Below, one piece after another: positions 36,723-50,251 of a stretch of DNA of 60,803 nt (position 1 is its first letter; the number at the start of each line of letters is the position of its first letter). The DNA comes from Folioceros fuciformis (lineage: Eukaryota), in the NCBI GenBank assembly GCA_049999805.1, contig JBNGIO010006309.1, positions 47,934 to 108,736 of the forward strand, written 5' to 3'. The translations under genes and the position numbers were made by a program. The notes under the pieces are model-generated. The model saw only the letters and a list, made by a program, of their open reading frames with translations. It was not told the DNA's origin and made no database searches.

Positions 36723-38121
36723 ATGGGTGTCTTGCAGCGCATAAGCGCCCCATGCACAGCGCCCCAATCACAGTACATCCCCAAGTCACGCAAGAGGCAG
36801 GTGATCCCCAACAGGAACTTTGTCACGCTACGGTGCAATTGGTTTGGAGAATCTTGTGTGTGTCAATTGGGAGGGAGGCAATGTTGCATTCGCATTGTTG
36901 CTCGGAATGGAATCAGAGCAGGGATTGAAGAGATAGCGAACAATCAGGTAGGACTGCGATGTTGCATGCATGCGCCACATCGTGGGTGAGTGGTCTTGCC
37001 TCAGATTGGAGCATGTTGATGTTAAGACGTTACCCCGCACAGGTGTTGCAAAGCGCTTTCACAGCGGGATGTCTGGCACAATTGGTTAAGCCTTTCACGT
37101 CTCTCTTGTCGGGAAAGGGGTTCAACTGGAGAGTTGCCCTGACATCGGGTGGCATGCCTTCCTCGCATTCTGCGGTAAGCTGGCTTGGACACATCGTTTG
37201 ATCATTTGCAGAAGAGTCCGAGTTGAGGGAATGTGAAGGCTCGGATTACTTAGTAGCAATTGCATCCTTGCAGAGTATAACGGCTGCTGCAACAATTCTT
37301 GGTCTAGAAAGGTGAATACCATCCACGCCATCGTGCTGCTCTGTTTGAACGCAAGGCTCAAACGCCTGCTCTGTGTATTGTTGCTGACACTGCTGCTTTA
37401 TCCTGTCTAACCTGATGGCAGGGGCTTGTCGGATTCTGTGTTCGGACTAGCCGTAGTTTTGGCAGGCATCGTGATGTATGATGCACAGGTAGTCCTGAAT
37501 CTCAGCAAACGCTTTTCAGTTCCTTGGTTTTTTTGTTGTTCTTATCTGAAAGAAAAGTCCTGCGCTCATTTGTATTCGTCTTTGATGTCCAACTGCACAT
37601 CCTTTCAATTCAAGTGTTCTCTTGTGTGCTGCTGGCAGGGAGTGAGGTATGCAGCTGGCAAACATGCCCAGCTGTTGAATACTATTGTCCTGACATACTT
37701 TCCCGATCGTGTGTCGACAACCGCCGGGCCCGGACCATTTGCTGATCCTGCACCCTCCACTTCCACGGGGGTTGAGCTTGAACGTGACTCTGTTGCTCAA
37801 GAACTTAAGTTCATGGATAACACGGACGTGCTCCCTCAAAAGGTTCCAGCTTCCGTGAGTGCGTCGGCCAGAGATCAGCAGTTGGATACGCAAGCAGTGA
37901 GAAAAAGCGGAGCATATGCGAGATCTCAGAGCTTTTTTGAGGTGGCCAAACGTCTGCCAAGCACCCAACGTGGAGAAGTGTTGATGCAAGAGCTGGAGAC
38001 ACTCAATGGTTGGCGACTGGTTCCTCTAACGGAGACACTTGGGCACAGTAAACTCCAAGTTCTAGCTGGGGCCGTTTTCGGTGTGGTCGTTACCTTAGCC
38101 CTACATCCGAGCTTGCTATGA
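36723..38121 (+). CDS. DUF212 divergent PAP2 / acid phosphatase-vanadium haloperoxidase-related membrane protein; exons 36723-36947, 37043-37174, 37274-37311, 37422-37488, 37639-38121
   Basis: Motifs SGGMPSSHSA, IVMYDAQGVR..AGKHA and ETLGHSKLQVLAGA. Exon phases are consistent; the N-terminus looks like a transit peptide. Confidence 0.9.
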
Positions 38122-38260
38122 CGCGGCGCGAGATACGCAAGAACTTTTTCACATGGAAAAGAATAGATTAAGGCTACTCAGAAACCATGACTATTCACTA
38201 TTGTTAAACATTAGTAGACGCCTGATCACATCTGGCAAACATTTTGCCCTGTTGCACTGC

Positions 38261-40007
38261 CTACTTTGATCTTTTCGCAATATCCCCCGAGGGCAATCTA
38301 CTAATACACCAAATCAGAAAAACCCCAACAAGCGCCCCTGACAGATGTGCTATATGATTGACATTGGCCGCAGCACCAACCGCGAGGTGTCCCATGCTTG
38401 CGGACGATTCAGCAGCTTTCATAACCTGGAAAACAGATGAAGAGTCAGAATCAGGCGAAAACAGTACAACTCAAGTCCACTGGCAGGAGAACTCACTTGC
38501 TCCACAACAAATTGTCCCAAGATAAGAACTTCCAGAATCTTTCTCCAGTCCCAGCTCAACTGCGTCAGAATTGAATGGGTTAGCAGCACATTCCTGCAAC
38601 TATGACGAAGTTGCAAACCAGAGAAATTACGGACAGAAAACAGCAACTTCATATTATCAAGATCGACCTTCACAAGAACGCTGACTGCAAAAAGCCCAAA
38701 GACGGCTCCAGAAGCACCAACTGAGATAGCAGAGCGCGGGAGAACCAACCAAGATACCAGATTCGCGCCCGCTCCAGTTATAAGGTATGATAACCAGAGA
38801 GCAAAACTACCCTCTTCCTCCTCTACCAATTTGCCTGACATAATTCACGCGTTAACTAACCTGACCCATAGAGAAATAGATAGACAGGTGAACCAGCAGG
38901 ACCATGTACAACAGCCTTGTCTGTTATATGAGTAATGCAGGGAACACTGAATGTCTGTTATATGAGTAATGCAGGGAACACTGAATATACTACCAAAGAT
39001 GTAGAGGAAAAAGAGGTTGCTTGAAAGATGAGCCCTGCAGACGCAGCAGTTGTCAGGGAATGAGGGCAGTTTCAACCATAAGATCCTTTGAGACAAAAGC
39101 AGAGTTCAGCTCCTCGCAAGCTTGTACGACCTACCAGTTGGCGTGGCAGAATGTAGCTGTGATGAACTGATACCAGTGGGGTACGTCATGATACAGATAT
39201 AACTGCTTCATTATCCCTAGCTGGCACCACAAGAACGACAATGCAATATCAGTTAGCACATGTATATTGCAGCCATCTTGGCGCATACATCTTGAGACGT
39301 GCTTGCAACAAGTTCGTGAATCATAAGGCAGAAACCTAGCATTTCTCTTCCACCCTATATTGGAAAACAAGTATGAGCAAGGCCTGTTTGCTGCCTAATC
39401 ATACCTGTAACCAGTGATCAGCAGCATGTACGCCAAGATTTAAGAGCAGAAGAAAATAGATACCGTTCTTCAGTGGGGCACTTCTCAAAGTCCCTGAACC
39501 CTTTTCAAGCTCTAGCTTGGGAGCAATGCCTGGATGACGACATGAAAGGCAGTGAGAAGAGGCAATATAATTCAAGATGATGACATTGAAGAAAAGGGCG
39601 AGGTAGCGATTGATGGGACCGACCACTCAACCTGGAGCGCTGCTGACCGTACGGAGGTCGTGACCACGAGGGTCGGTATCATCCTGACTTCGAATTCTTA
39701 GCGTAAACTTCTTCCCCAAAGAACCGCCTCTGGCAAGCTGAGAAGCAGGTATTGATCCTCAGTAATGCGCCAGCAAAAACTGCTGATTCGCCCGCAATCG
39801 GGTCAGGGAGACATAACAGAGCACAAGGATCGCAGTGCTGTCACACACAGAGCCAGCCGAAAGCTTGCAAGAAAAACGGCCATCGCCATCGAGAGAGCAT
39901 ACCTTCTGCTGTCTGAAAATGGCGCCCCTCAGCTGAAAGGCGCAGAGAATAGTTGCGCAGGCTGGGCGACGAGAGCGGGGAGGCACGGCAGGCAGCAGCA
40001 ATTCCAT
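38261..40007 (-). CDS. RBL11: Rhomboid-like protease, RBL11 (plastid) type, multi-exon
   Basis: WYQFITATFCHANWAHLSSNLFFLYIFGKLVEEEEG, catalytic Ser motif VGASGAVFGLF, catalytic His motif NHIAHLSGALVG. Start ATG 40007 is next to an N gap. Confidence 0.9.
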
Positions 40008-40329
40008 TGTGTCAGCCTCCCCCCTACTCNNNNNNNNNNNNNNNNNNNNNNNNNNNNNNNNNNNNNNNNNNNNNNNNNNNNNNNNNNNNNNNNNNNNNNN
40101 NNNNNNNNNNNNNNNNNNNNNNNNNNNNNCCCCCCTACTCTCTGCCCCGCCACAGCCGAACAGCGCAGCTTCATTCAAATCACACTCGTTTCTAACATCA
40201 ATGTACCCCACCGGTTTGATTGCTCATCCATCCCTCTATTAATTTTTGGACAATATATATATCAAGGTCACCGCACTTTCCATGTAGCGCTACTCAATGC
40301 AAGGCCTCCGGACCCGAGCCGACACACTA

Positions 40330-41667
40330 CAGTCCACCCTCCCCAAATGTTACCTGTTGGGAGTAGGGCATTGGGTAACATTTAGGGAGCTCTAGCAATT
40401 AGAGAATTAAGTATTTATCAAAAATAAAATATTTAAATTTATTAAAAAATATGGAAATTATGAAATATATTTAATAAAAAAGATAAATTATGAAATATAT
40501 TTAATATAGTTATTAAATATATATAATAATTACTATAATAATTAATTTTATTATAACTTTATAATAAATAAAATAAGAAATGAACTTCAATTTGACCTAA
40601 AAAATTGGGTTATTTGTACTTTGAAACTTGTTTCAAACAAGACCTAACCTGCGTTAAAACTTTTTTTTCAATTTGTTATAAATTCCTAATTGTAGATATA
40701 GTATCATTTGGTTGTTGCTCTAAAAATATATGTATCATCCCAAGTGTATCTTCCACTTGAGCACGACCTAAAATAACCCTTTCTTGATAATATTTTGTAG
40801 AAGAATTTTCAACATTAACAACTTCATTTTCAGATGGAAGTTGAACAAAAGCCCATGTATCATTTGCATTTGGAGTAAAAAAGATAGCAGGCTCTTCTGC
40901 CAGATGCGCAAACACAAGCTCTTCTAACGGAGGGGGCTTGCTGCTGGAAGCCGGAGGAGGCGTGCTATCAGAGGCCCTACATAGCACATGCATTTGTCAC
41001 CTTGTAATCAACAAATTCTTGTGAAGACATGGAAGGGGTCAATCTTGCTATTTCAAGTCCCAAATCCCTCATTTAACAAAGAAGCATTCCTATTTCTAGG
41101 TAATCTGTATTGAACAAATCTTCACGTGTTGCTTGGTTGATTTATTGTTACTCATCATCATTATCAACATTTTATGTCTTAAAACTAAGTTGATTCAAGT
41201 CTATATCTCACATATTACTATGGCTTGCTCTTTCTTGTCATAACCTAAGTTGATTCAACTCTATATCTTACATATTACTATCTTGCTCTTTCTTGTCATA
41301 ACACCTAGAGTGTTTCCAACAATTTATAATGATTTTTTCTTTTTTGGATAAGTTAGATATCTATATTATCCATACTATTTTAAGCATAATATATATAAGT
41401 TTTATATTATAATATTAAAATAATATTTATAAAATTAAACTATAATAATTAGGAGTGCCTATTTTCATAAAACAAGTAATATATAACATATATATAAAAA
41501 TAATATTTATCCTTATTCCCCAATAACATTTATCCTTAATCCCCTCAAAACATTTATCCTTAATCCCCTAGGATAACCAGGGTATCCTAGAGGAGTACCC
41601 AAACAGGTCTAGGGAGTACCCAGACAGGTATAACATTTAGGGAGGTCACATTAGAGAGGGTCGACTG
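40330..41667 (-). mobile_element. Non-autonomous Tc1/mariner (pogo/Tigger-like) DNA transposon
   Basis: TA|CAGTCCACCCTC... at the left end and ...GAGGGTCGACTG|TA at the right end form TIRs with a TA TSD. Subterminal inverted motif AAATGTTA(TA)CCTGT, very AT-rich interior, and a possible transposase C-terminal remnant at 40600-40990 (-). Confidence 0.75.
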
Positions 41668-42468
41668 TACAGGAGTCGCTGGTAGTGCGGGAGGGTTCTC
41701 TCAATTTCTGAGTAGATCACAAACAGGCCCGTTTCAACATCCACAAGAAACTAAAGGCGATAAGCTTGCCTAAAAGTTCCGCTCCGACCCCCTCCTATAA
41801 CACGAAGAGACGGTTCACCCACTGTTCGTGTGAAGAAGGCACAGTTACAGTGATTCAAGGTCTCACTTCTTCGGTGTGCACTAACTTCCTCATACGTCCT
41901 TCAACAGCCCGTTTTTACTGCAAATACTCACGCCTAGGTCATGGACTCAGGCAAACAGATCGCTGCTGTTTAAGGAGGCTGAGACTTCATGTGCTTACAA
42001 AAACAGTCTCCAACGGAAAGCTCAACCGGGCGTGTTCGCGACGACAACCAAGTCACCATTACCCGAATGTGTACGACTGCCCTGCCTGTAACCGGACAAC
42101 AACGCTTTTAAATTCAGAGCTGGTGCAACACACCCATTGAGCATTGCCTCAAAACAAACGGGACTATTTGTTACAACAAGAAGACAGGCACTCGGACTGG
42201 CTACGCACCCTACTCACCATCCTCTTTCCCATGGGACCAAAAGTATGGCAAATCAGCCTTGGAGAAGTGCAACTCAACAGCACTTGCTGAAGAGGAGGTA
42301 CGTCCTAAGGAACAATAAGTACCAAAAGCAGTCAGTGTGCTGCAACACAAAGTCCACACAGACATGTGCCCAAGGCCTTAGAGGGGAGCTTCACCTTACT
42401 GGGATACTATCGGAAATGCTGGTGACAGCAGATGTTGCACATTTACTTCACTAACCAAGCATCGTCAC

Positions 42469-45400
42469 TCAGTCCAAATCCTCCCCGCCACTGCTCTCCC
42501 CATCGCGTCGCCGCCTACCACGCATTCCCTTGTGCACAACCATCTCTTCATCTTCTTCACTGTAGTTACTGACTGCTTCTTCACTGGACGGAGAGGAAGA
42601 AATATCTGCCTCCTCGTCTTGACCTAGACCAGATCCTTTATCTCGCCCACAGTTCCGGGTGCTTCCAGCCTTGGCCCTGATAGCTCCTCCATTGTGCTCC
42701 ACACCTGCCTCTTCCGTGGTGAGGGGATGACACCTTCGGCTCCTGGCCTTTCGTTTTCCCTTCGGAACATCCTCTGGAAGAGCCACCTCAAGCCCCATTT
42801 GCCTATCAGTCTGCTCCCCTTGCAATTTTTCATGCGCAGTGTGAAGACCACTCCTGAGAGTTTCACCATCCTCCGTGTGGAGAGCGGTGGAACAATCAAT
42901 ATCATCATCCTCGTCTGACTCCGTAGTAACAGCGATGTCATTTCTGCGTCGTTTCCGACCCAAATTTGTCTGTAGACACCATGAATACAGATCCAACATG
43001 TTACTCCACCAGTAATCATGATCATGTAAAATCAAGCCACAAATTACGAGGCTATCACCTAGGTGCCAAGCGTGGCCATCGAGATCCAATAATTTTACCT
43101 TGGGACCTCGATCAACAAGGTGGGCCCAGGAACTCCTATTCCTTAGGCAATCTAGTACTGCCTGGCGGTGACTTGCATAAGCATAGCGATCACCATTAGG
43201 TTTTCGTAATTTTTGCCAGTGCTGCCCACAAAGTATTGACCAAGCCAACATTAGTAACTTTATCATACTAATCTACAATAGAGGCCACTTCAACCTTAGC
43301 ATTAACAGGACACACACCATCAATCACAAGTACAGATTCTTACAGGCCCCACAGCTTCGCACACATCTTCATATGACAGCTGATGGCCCCTCTTGCTCAG
43401 GATATCGTCAATCAAACCTGTGAAGGAAAACGTTACGAAAGATACAATCTGAGAATCAAAAGTATGTGTAGCGATTATGCAGATTTTCCAGAGAAAATGA
43501 AACAGCTGGTCTGACCTGGAAGTGTTAATATTGTGCTGTCAGCAGGGCTTTTCCGATCACTAGGCTCTGATGACTCATCACTGCGTGCCGGAACAACAAT
43601 CGACAAATTGCCTTTCTGGAAACCATGAGCAGACCGGCGAGGATTACTTTCCACATTGGCTGGCTTTTCCTTACAACAACCACTTTCCACAAGGGCACCA
43701 CCATAATTTTTCTCAGAGACATGAGGCCCATCATCTGGCCTGCTTCCGTCTTCATGTTTACGTGTGATCGCCCCAGATTTGGTCACCTCGTCTGATACAC
43801 TTGTCATGGTGCGGCCAACATCTCTATGGCGGTCTTCTCTAGGCCTTTTTCTTGTGGGCTGCAAATCAATGTGAAAGAACGAGCCCAATTAACTACCACG
43901 TTTTAGGAAAATGAACTTTGAGCTTACGTACTACATCTTATACGTAAAGAAGCAGCCAAACGACAAGGGCAAGCAGCAATCTCCTACCACATCTCTGTCA
44001 CCAATTTGTTGAGTGTTAGGAACTGCAGAACCCGTTTGCCGTTTAGTGGACGTGACAGAAGCTTGTGTTGAAGAGCCACCCTGTATTCCAGCATTTGCCT
44101 GCCGAGCTCTTGAACCTCGAGGTACTCGGGGAGAGCTGTTTAATTCCTGATGAAGTAACATAGCTATCTGTGACAAGACAAACTATTCAGACACAGCTGA
44201 AACACAACTCCATCTATACGCTACACATCCAGCTGCAAGTAGATTCTCAATTATCACACCCACGTGAGCCAACACAGAGTGTTCCAGGAACAAACCTCTT
44301 CATCTTTCAAAGTTGTCGCTGAGCCTGTATAACCTGCTGCTGGAGGCGAACGCTTCAGAGACGATGGCGGAGGTGGCGGGGGCATCGCTGACAACCCCTT
44401 GGAGAACGGAGGGGCAGAAGGCATGGTTGACTTGTCATCTTTGTGGATCCCAAGTGCCTGCTTTGGCACTTGTGACGCCGGATGCTTTGTGGACAAAGGA
44501 GTGACGGCCTTCGCAGGATCAGAGGTATGCTGTCTGACATTGGATTGGCTCCCAGGTTGTTTGAAAGTATGTGGCAGTGGCCCTTTCCCTAAAGAAGGAT
44601 GCCTGGGTGTACCACCTACCTTTCCCGGGGTAGCTACTTTGGACGGAATCGAGAGATGTTTTACGGCTGACTGACTGATGCTACCACGTGAAGCTGGCGA
44701 AGTAGCAGCAGGAGATTTAGCAGAGGGAAGGGAATTATCTACGGGCTTCAGAGACGGGAGACTATTTGTTCGCGAGGGTTGCTTGGAAGAACTAGTTTTG
44801 TTAGGAAGAGAAGAGGAAGATATTAGTACACTAGATTTCGGTGCCAAGGAGTGCTGCTTGGCAAGGGCACTGGAGTTAGAAGAGTGTTTCGAGGAAGAAG
44901 CATGAGGCATTCTTGTGGCGCTTGCCCCGAAGCCAGGTCTTTGAGGGGGTGGGGAACTGGAACTTGCCTTGCTACCCCCTGGTTTCGATGGTTGCAGAGG
45001 GATTGGAGGCGACTTAGGTGATACTATCAAAGCACCTCCAGGAGACTTCAATGATCCAGGCTTCGCAGCGGACAAAGAAGAAGCACTGGACGTGCGAAGA
45101 CCACCGCCTGCCTGTGGGACAGAACTCGGCCGGTCCATCGCTGTACTGGCACCCATCCTCATACGCCCAGAATGCAGATGATGCTGTCTGGCCTGTTGGC
45201 ATACAGGTGACGGCGAGGGTGAAAGCTTCTGATCCGAGGTTCCCACATGCAAAGCTTGGTCAGCAGCCTTTGGATGGCCAGGAGAAACTGTGTAGTCCCC
45301 AATATCCGCTGCAGAAGCTCGACTATCTGAGACCAGACAGTTGTTTTTATGCTGCAACTTCGGAGTGTACAAATGTCTTTCACCTTGCTGCTGTGAACTG

Positions 45401-48400
45401 GGCACCTGCTGTTTCCCTGTGCCATCTTCACCTAAGATGATCTTAGGAGACTGGGGAGGTGGTTCTGCCCCAGACTGGAGCCTCAGTAACATAATAACAG
45501 GATCTACCTGAGGCCTGTCCGGTGCTGAGGCTCCACTACTCAACAAGTTAGCACCCACAACTTTCTCTCTCATTTCTGGCAGAGGGTGACTCAACGATCG
45601 AACACGATCGATCGACGAAGGTGATGCCATTGATAACCTCCCATCAGCTGACACATCCATATGGCCGAGTACTGCATCCTCTACCGCAAGCTGCTGTAAT
45701 GCAGCATCCATGCACGGAGCGCAACAGTCTTGAGCCACAGGATCCCCTGGATACGAGGGCCCAGCACTGACTTTAGATAAATCACTAGCAGTAAGGTGCC
45801 TAGTGCATTCACCCTTCTTTACAGACACCGGATCACCTGCTCCTAAACTGCAAGATACGGAATTCGTCCGGGAAAGGCCTGCATCCGGATCATTTTCCCT
45901 GTTTTCCACCTTCTCTTCACAGTCTTCCGAAGGATTCTCACGGCTCAACCCTCTTGACAGAAGCATTGACCTGTTTTGACTGACGCATGCCACTTGTCCC
46001 AAAGCCGACGATACCTTTTCAGCCCCGGCTAGGCAACTAAATTCGCATTTTGGAGAGATTGAGCTCGACAACCGAGCCTGTCTGAGATTGGAGAAGTCAT
46101 GACTTGAAGCATGTTGATCGGGGTGAGAGTGAATGACCTCTTCAACAAAATCCTTAATAGGCGAACCACTCGACTTCAAAGGCCTGTTGTGGTTCAGAGA
46201 CGCTTGCGGGGTCTTGACCTGTAGATGCACACAAAACAGGACACTGCCACTAAACCCAACGGCACACAACAAACTAGGAGCAGGGCAGCATCAGAATGAA
46301 CACCTGATCTTACCTCAATGTACGAATCTAGTGCCAGCTCTCTCAGAAGATATCCGTCGCCACTAAGCAGCTGAGTATCTTGTCTTTCAGGCACCCTCGG
46401 TTTCTTGGCTCCACAATGCTGCTCCTTCACGAGACATGATTCATCGGCTTTAATCAGCCCCTTCACCGGCTCCATGTCTTCTTTCTCAGATAAAGAACCT
46501 TCCCGCGTACAAGACTGCATCTGTTCACACTCCGATTCAGACGCAGGTGCAGAGCACAACTGGGCCGCTTCATGGTCATTGTTCATGCTGGAAACTCCAT
46601 AGGGTACTCCCGAAGTGTCACTCTCACAGTCTCGGCAGACCAGAGTTGTAGGACCGACACCGACACCTGCAAAAGTTAAAGGACAAAGCAACTCTTTTAG
46701 CAACGAGCGTCATGGGCCGATGGCTCCAACACAACTAAGTTCGGATAACAGCACCAATTTGAACTCAGAGCAGGGGATGTCCAGGGACCACACAGGTAGA
46801 GAAAAAAGCCATGAGCGCTCCAAGGAGAAGGCAGGGAGGGTGAGAGGTCCAGGGTCTCTCAAAGGAAAAAGTAAAACCAAGTACTGGCTCAGATCAGACT
46901 GCGGAGAGCATTGCAGTTCTCTGACGAGAAGCGCTGCTAGCTCACAGCAATGCACAGATAAGAGGAGACTAGACCCTCGACTGCAAGAAATAAGCATGGG
47001 GTAAAACCCCCTATGACCACATAATGGCACTTCGGTTCCAAATAGCGCACCTGGCTTCCGCGCTGTGTCCGCTGTCAGGAATTTCTGTGGGGATACCGGA
47101 ACTTAAACCGGCGCCTTGTGGTCACAGGGGAGTTCTACCTCTGCCTCGGAACATAAGCCAGGATCCTCACATTCACAAGCCTCCCACACGGGCCTCTCTC
47201 CACACAGGATCTGAGGACGTTACCAGAAAATGGGAGAGTGCGGCCCAAGATGGGCTCCTCTCGGCAGCACTTGCTGCACGTGGTGATCCCACCATCCATG
47301 AACTCCTGCACGGCAAGCTTCTTCATGGCTTTAGGGTTCTTTGCAGGTGACTGAGGAGACTTGAACAAGAGAATTGCATCGGGAGAGGAAGCAAGACTGG
47401 AATCTTCCACCTTCTTCACAGAAGAATTGACAACCTTCTGAACCGAGCCCTCCGGGTTTGTGGGTGAGATAATGGCAGGATGAAACAAACCTTCGACCTT
47501 CTTCCGACGCTCATCCTCCGCTCTAGTCGCGTCACCAGCAGTGAAACATCTTGCCTTTTTCTTGCTCACAACCTCCTGCACAGGCCCGAGCTCGTCCCTG
47601 GGCCTCTTCTCATGCTGGCGTTGCTTCTCCTCCCTAGCATTCCTGTGCTTGTGCTTCAACTTTAGCTTATTGTGCTTCCCGTGCCGCTCCGTCTTCTTCC
47701 CCAGCTTGGGACCCGCCGCCTCCAAATCTGCAACAGCCACATCCCTGTCCACGGCTAGCGTCCTCCCCTCCCCCTTAGTCGCATTTTCCATTAACACAAG
47801 CACGGCGAGCTCGTCCGAACTCGTGTCGTGCAGGAGCCTCCCAAGATCCCCATGCCCGTGCGAGCCCGGGAGCTCTGTGAAGTCGATCCGGACCGGTTTC
47901 CGGACATACCCCGTTGCCTTCCACAGCTGGCGGCTGAAAATGGAGCCGGCTACAAAGAGCCTGGGATCGCCCCCGGGAATTCCCTGCACATGCGCCCTGT
48001 CCCGATTGGGGCTCCGCACAGGGTCCAGGTGCACCGGTGTCGCACTTGGTGCGGAAGCGGCCGCCGGGGACGGAGAAGGTACGAAGACTGAAGCTCCCCT
48101 GTCATGGCCGCCGCCACCGCCGCGCTCCTCGAAGGAGACGGGCTTGCTGGGCAGGTCCACGAGCAGCTGCGCCACCTCCGACTCCTCGAACTCCTTGTTC
48201 TTCTTGCTCTTGCACTTGTCGCAGTTGAAAGTCTCCAGATCCTTAACCACTCGACAGCAGGCAGTGTGCACCCACACGCCGCACTCCTCACACTCCACCA
48301 TCATCTCCCCATCGTCGTAGTTCACGCCACAAGGGCAGTCCACGATCCAGCCTTCGTCCCCCCAGTCGTCCGACTCGGAGCTCGACGGCTGGTGCGCCTT

Positions 48401-48409
48401 GGCCACCAT
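42469..48409 (-). CDS. PHD-finger protein with long disordered middle region (plant-conserved family), multi-exon
   Basis: N-terminal PHD WIVDCPCGVNYDDGEMMVECEECGVWVHTACC...CDKC. Conserved C-terminal blocks LKDEE/IAMLLHQELNSSPRVPR and HWQKLRKPNGDRYAYASHRQAVLDCLRNR. Exon structure between ~46.7 and 47.2 kb is unresolved. Confidence 0.85.
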
Positions 48410-49168
48410 ATCTGCCGCCGCCGGCCCCTGCTCCACAGCGCTTGCGCTTCTTCTTTCCCAGCTTCTCCTTCACCTTCGCCTGCCAGCTTCCCCGCGCAAG
48501 TCTCTTGCCGCGCAATCCTGCCCTCCTTCCTACACTCTGTTCCCCCGGCCAGGAAAGAACAGATACGAGGAGACCACGAACCTTTAGGGCTTGGCGGAAG
48601 CTGGAGACCCAGCCAGATTTCGGCATTTGGACGCTCGCCACGATGATGCTCTCTATTATTAGCGGGATGCGCAAATTGGCCATCTCTGTATAAAGGAACA
48701 AAGCGTCCCCTTACTTTCGAGAGAAAGCATGATTTGTCACGAGGCACTCGTTTGGTCTTTCAGGCAATCAAAACAAAGCCCTCCCTCAGCTTGTCTCTTA
48801 AGCAAGAGTCAGGAAGTAGCACATTCCTCCCATACTAGGTCGCTGGGCCACGCACCGGCTCAGTCAAGATAAGCTAGCGGCTACAGAGAGAGGCTTGGGT
48901 AGCTAAAGAAAAAAAATAAGCTAGTAGAATTCGCACTCTTCAGTTCTTTTCGAGAAGAAAAGGTGGTGCCGCCAGATAACTCGTTGATCGACGTGCCGTT
49001 GAGTGTGAGGAGGATGAAAGCCGCTTGTGTTATCTGTACAGAAGGGAATCTGCAAAAGACAACACCATGCAAATTTGCCTGATTAGATTTTCCAAAAGCC
49101 TGTCTTGGTTAGAGCGACAGGAGTGAGAGGCAGGGACGGGAAAAGCCATACGCACCAGAAACAGTCCT

Positions 49169-49762
49169 TCATGCCTTTAAACCACCAGGCTGTACGGCTG
49201 GGGCTTGAGCCGGCTGTGTCTGCTGATTTTGCTGATAATTCAGAGGCCTGCGGAAAAGCATGATGTGGGGCTCTGGCCTGTGAATCGCGTAATGCACCCA
49301 GCCGCGGGATTGCTGCACCCCCAGGCTTCGCCACTCCGTCTGTCAACGACACGAGCGGCTTGTGAAAGGCAAGACAAGAGCAGAGCATCGCGCCCAGTCC
49401 GCTCGTACCATACAAAAAAACGTTAGCCTAGCTAGGACCTGCTACTCACACCTTCAAACAAGAGCACGTTTCCACAAGACAGGACGTTCCATAGCTAGCG
49501 AAGTTGCAAAAGCCAACCTGTCAGACCAAGCCCAAACATACCTCGGACAGCAAACGGTTCTTCGGAAGCACGCGGGCGACATCCGGCGGGAGGACGACGT
49601 GCCTACAATAGTGCCAAGACAGCTGAGGGAGATGAGCAGCCATCCTCCAGCTACGAGGAGGACGCAACAAGGGAAACAAAGGGCAAGGGGAAAGAGAAGC
49701 CGAGATCACCTGTACTCGTAAGTGTCATCGTTATACTTCTCGGAATACTGGATTTGAGGCAT
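49169..49762 (-). CDS. CKS1: Cyclin-dependent kinase regulatory subunit CKS1, 94 aa; exons 49710-49762, 49542-49602, 49169-49339
   Basis: Manual splicing gives [78 protein letters not shown]...LKA*, the CKS signature with the plant Gln-rich tail. Confidence 0.97.
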
Positions 49763-50001
49763 CGTGTGAGAGCCCCAAAGCTCGCCGGAGTGATATGCCG
49801 AAGGAACTGCAGAAGACGGGTGTGCCAATGACACCAGAGGCGCCTTCCCCGTGCGTAAGTCCTTCTTGCTACGAGGAAGACGGAAGCCAGAGGCTGGGGT
49901 TCAAACACGCCTGGACGATCTGCAGTTTCTAGGGCTTTCAAAACCGTCCAAAAATGAATTTGAAATTTAGGGACCAGCTGCTTCAGGGATGCGGCTTCTC
50001 A

Positions 50002-50251
50002 GCCGGGGTTTTGCATGAACCCCAGAATCGCCGGGTTTGCACGAACCCCAGAATCGCCGGGTTTGCATGAACCCCAGAATCGCCGGGTTTGCATGAACGC
50101 CAAACCAGCCGAGTTTGCATGAACCCCAGAATCGCCGGGTTTGCATGAACCCCAGAATCNNNNNNNNNNCCAGAATCGCCGGGTTTGCATGAACCCCAGA
50201 ATCGCCGGGTTTGCATAACCCCAGAATCGCCGGGTTTGCATAACCCCAGAT
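50002..50251. repeat. 26-bp tandem repeat (GGGTTTGCATGAACCCCAGAATCGCC), spans an N gap
   Basis: About 9 units read directly; each contains an inverted GGGTT/AACCC pair. Confidence 0.9.

Noticed and set aside
40018..40140. Direct repeat CCCCCTACTC flanking a 100-N run
   Set aside because: Most likely a contig-overlap/assembly artefact.
47480..48747. Long antisense ORFs over PHD exon 1
   Set aside because: Shadow ORFs of a GC-rich coding exon.
50002..50251. Possible CRISPR array (palindromic ~26-bp repeats)
   Set aside because: Units are directly abutting with no unique spacers, there are no cas genes, and the context is eukaryotic. The same applies to the arrays at 4897-5043 and 15931-16052.
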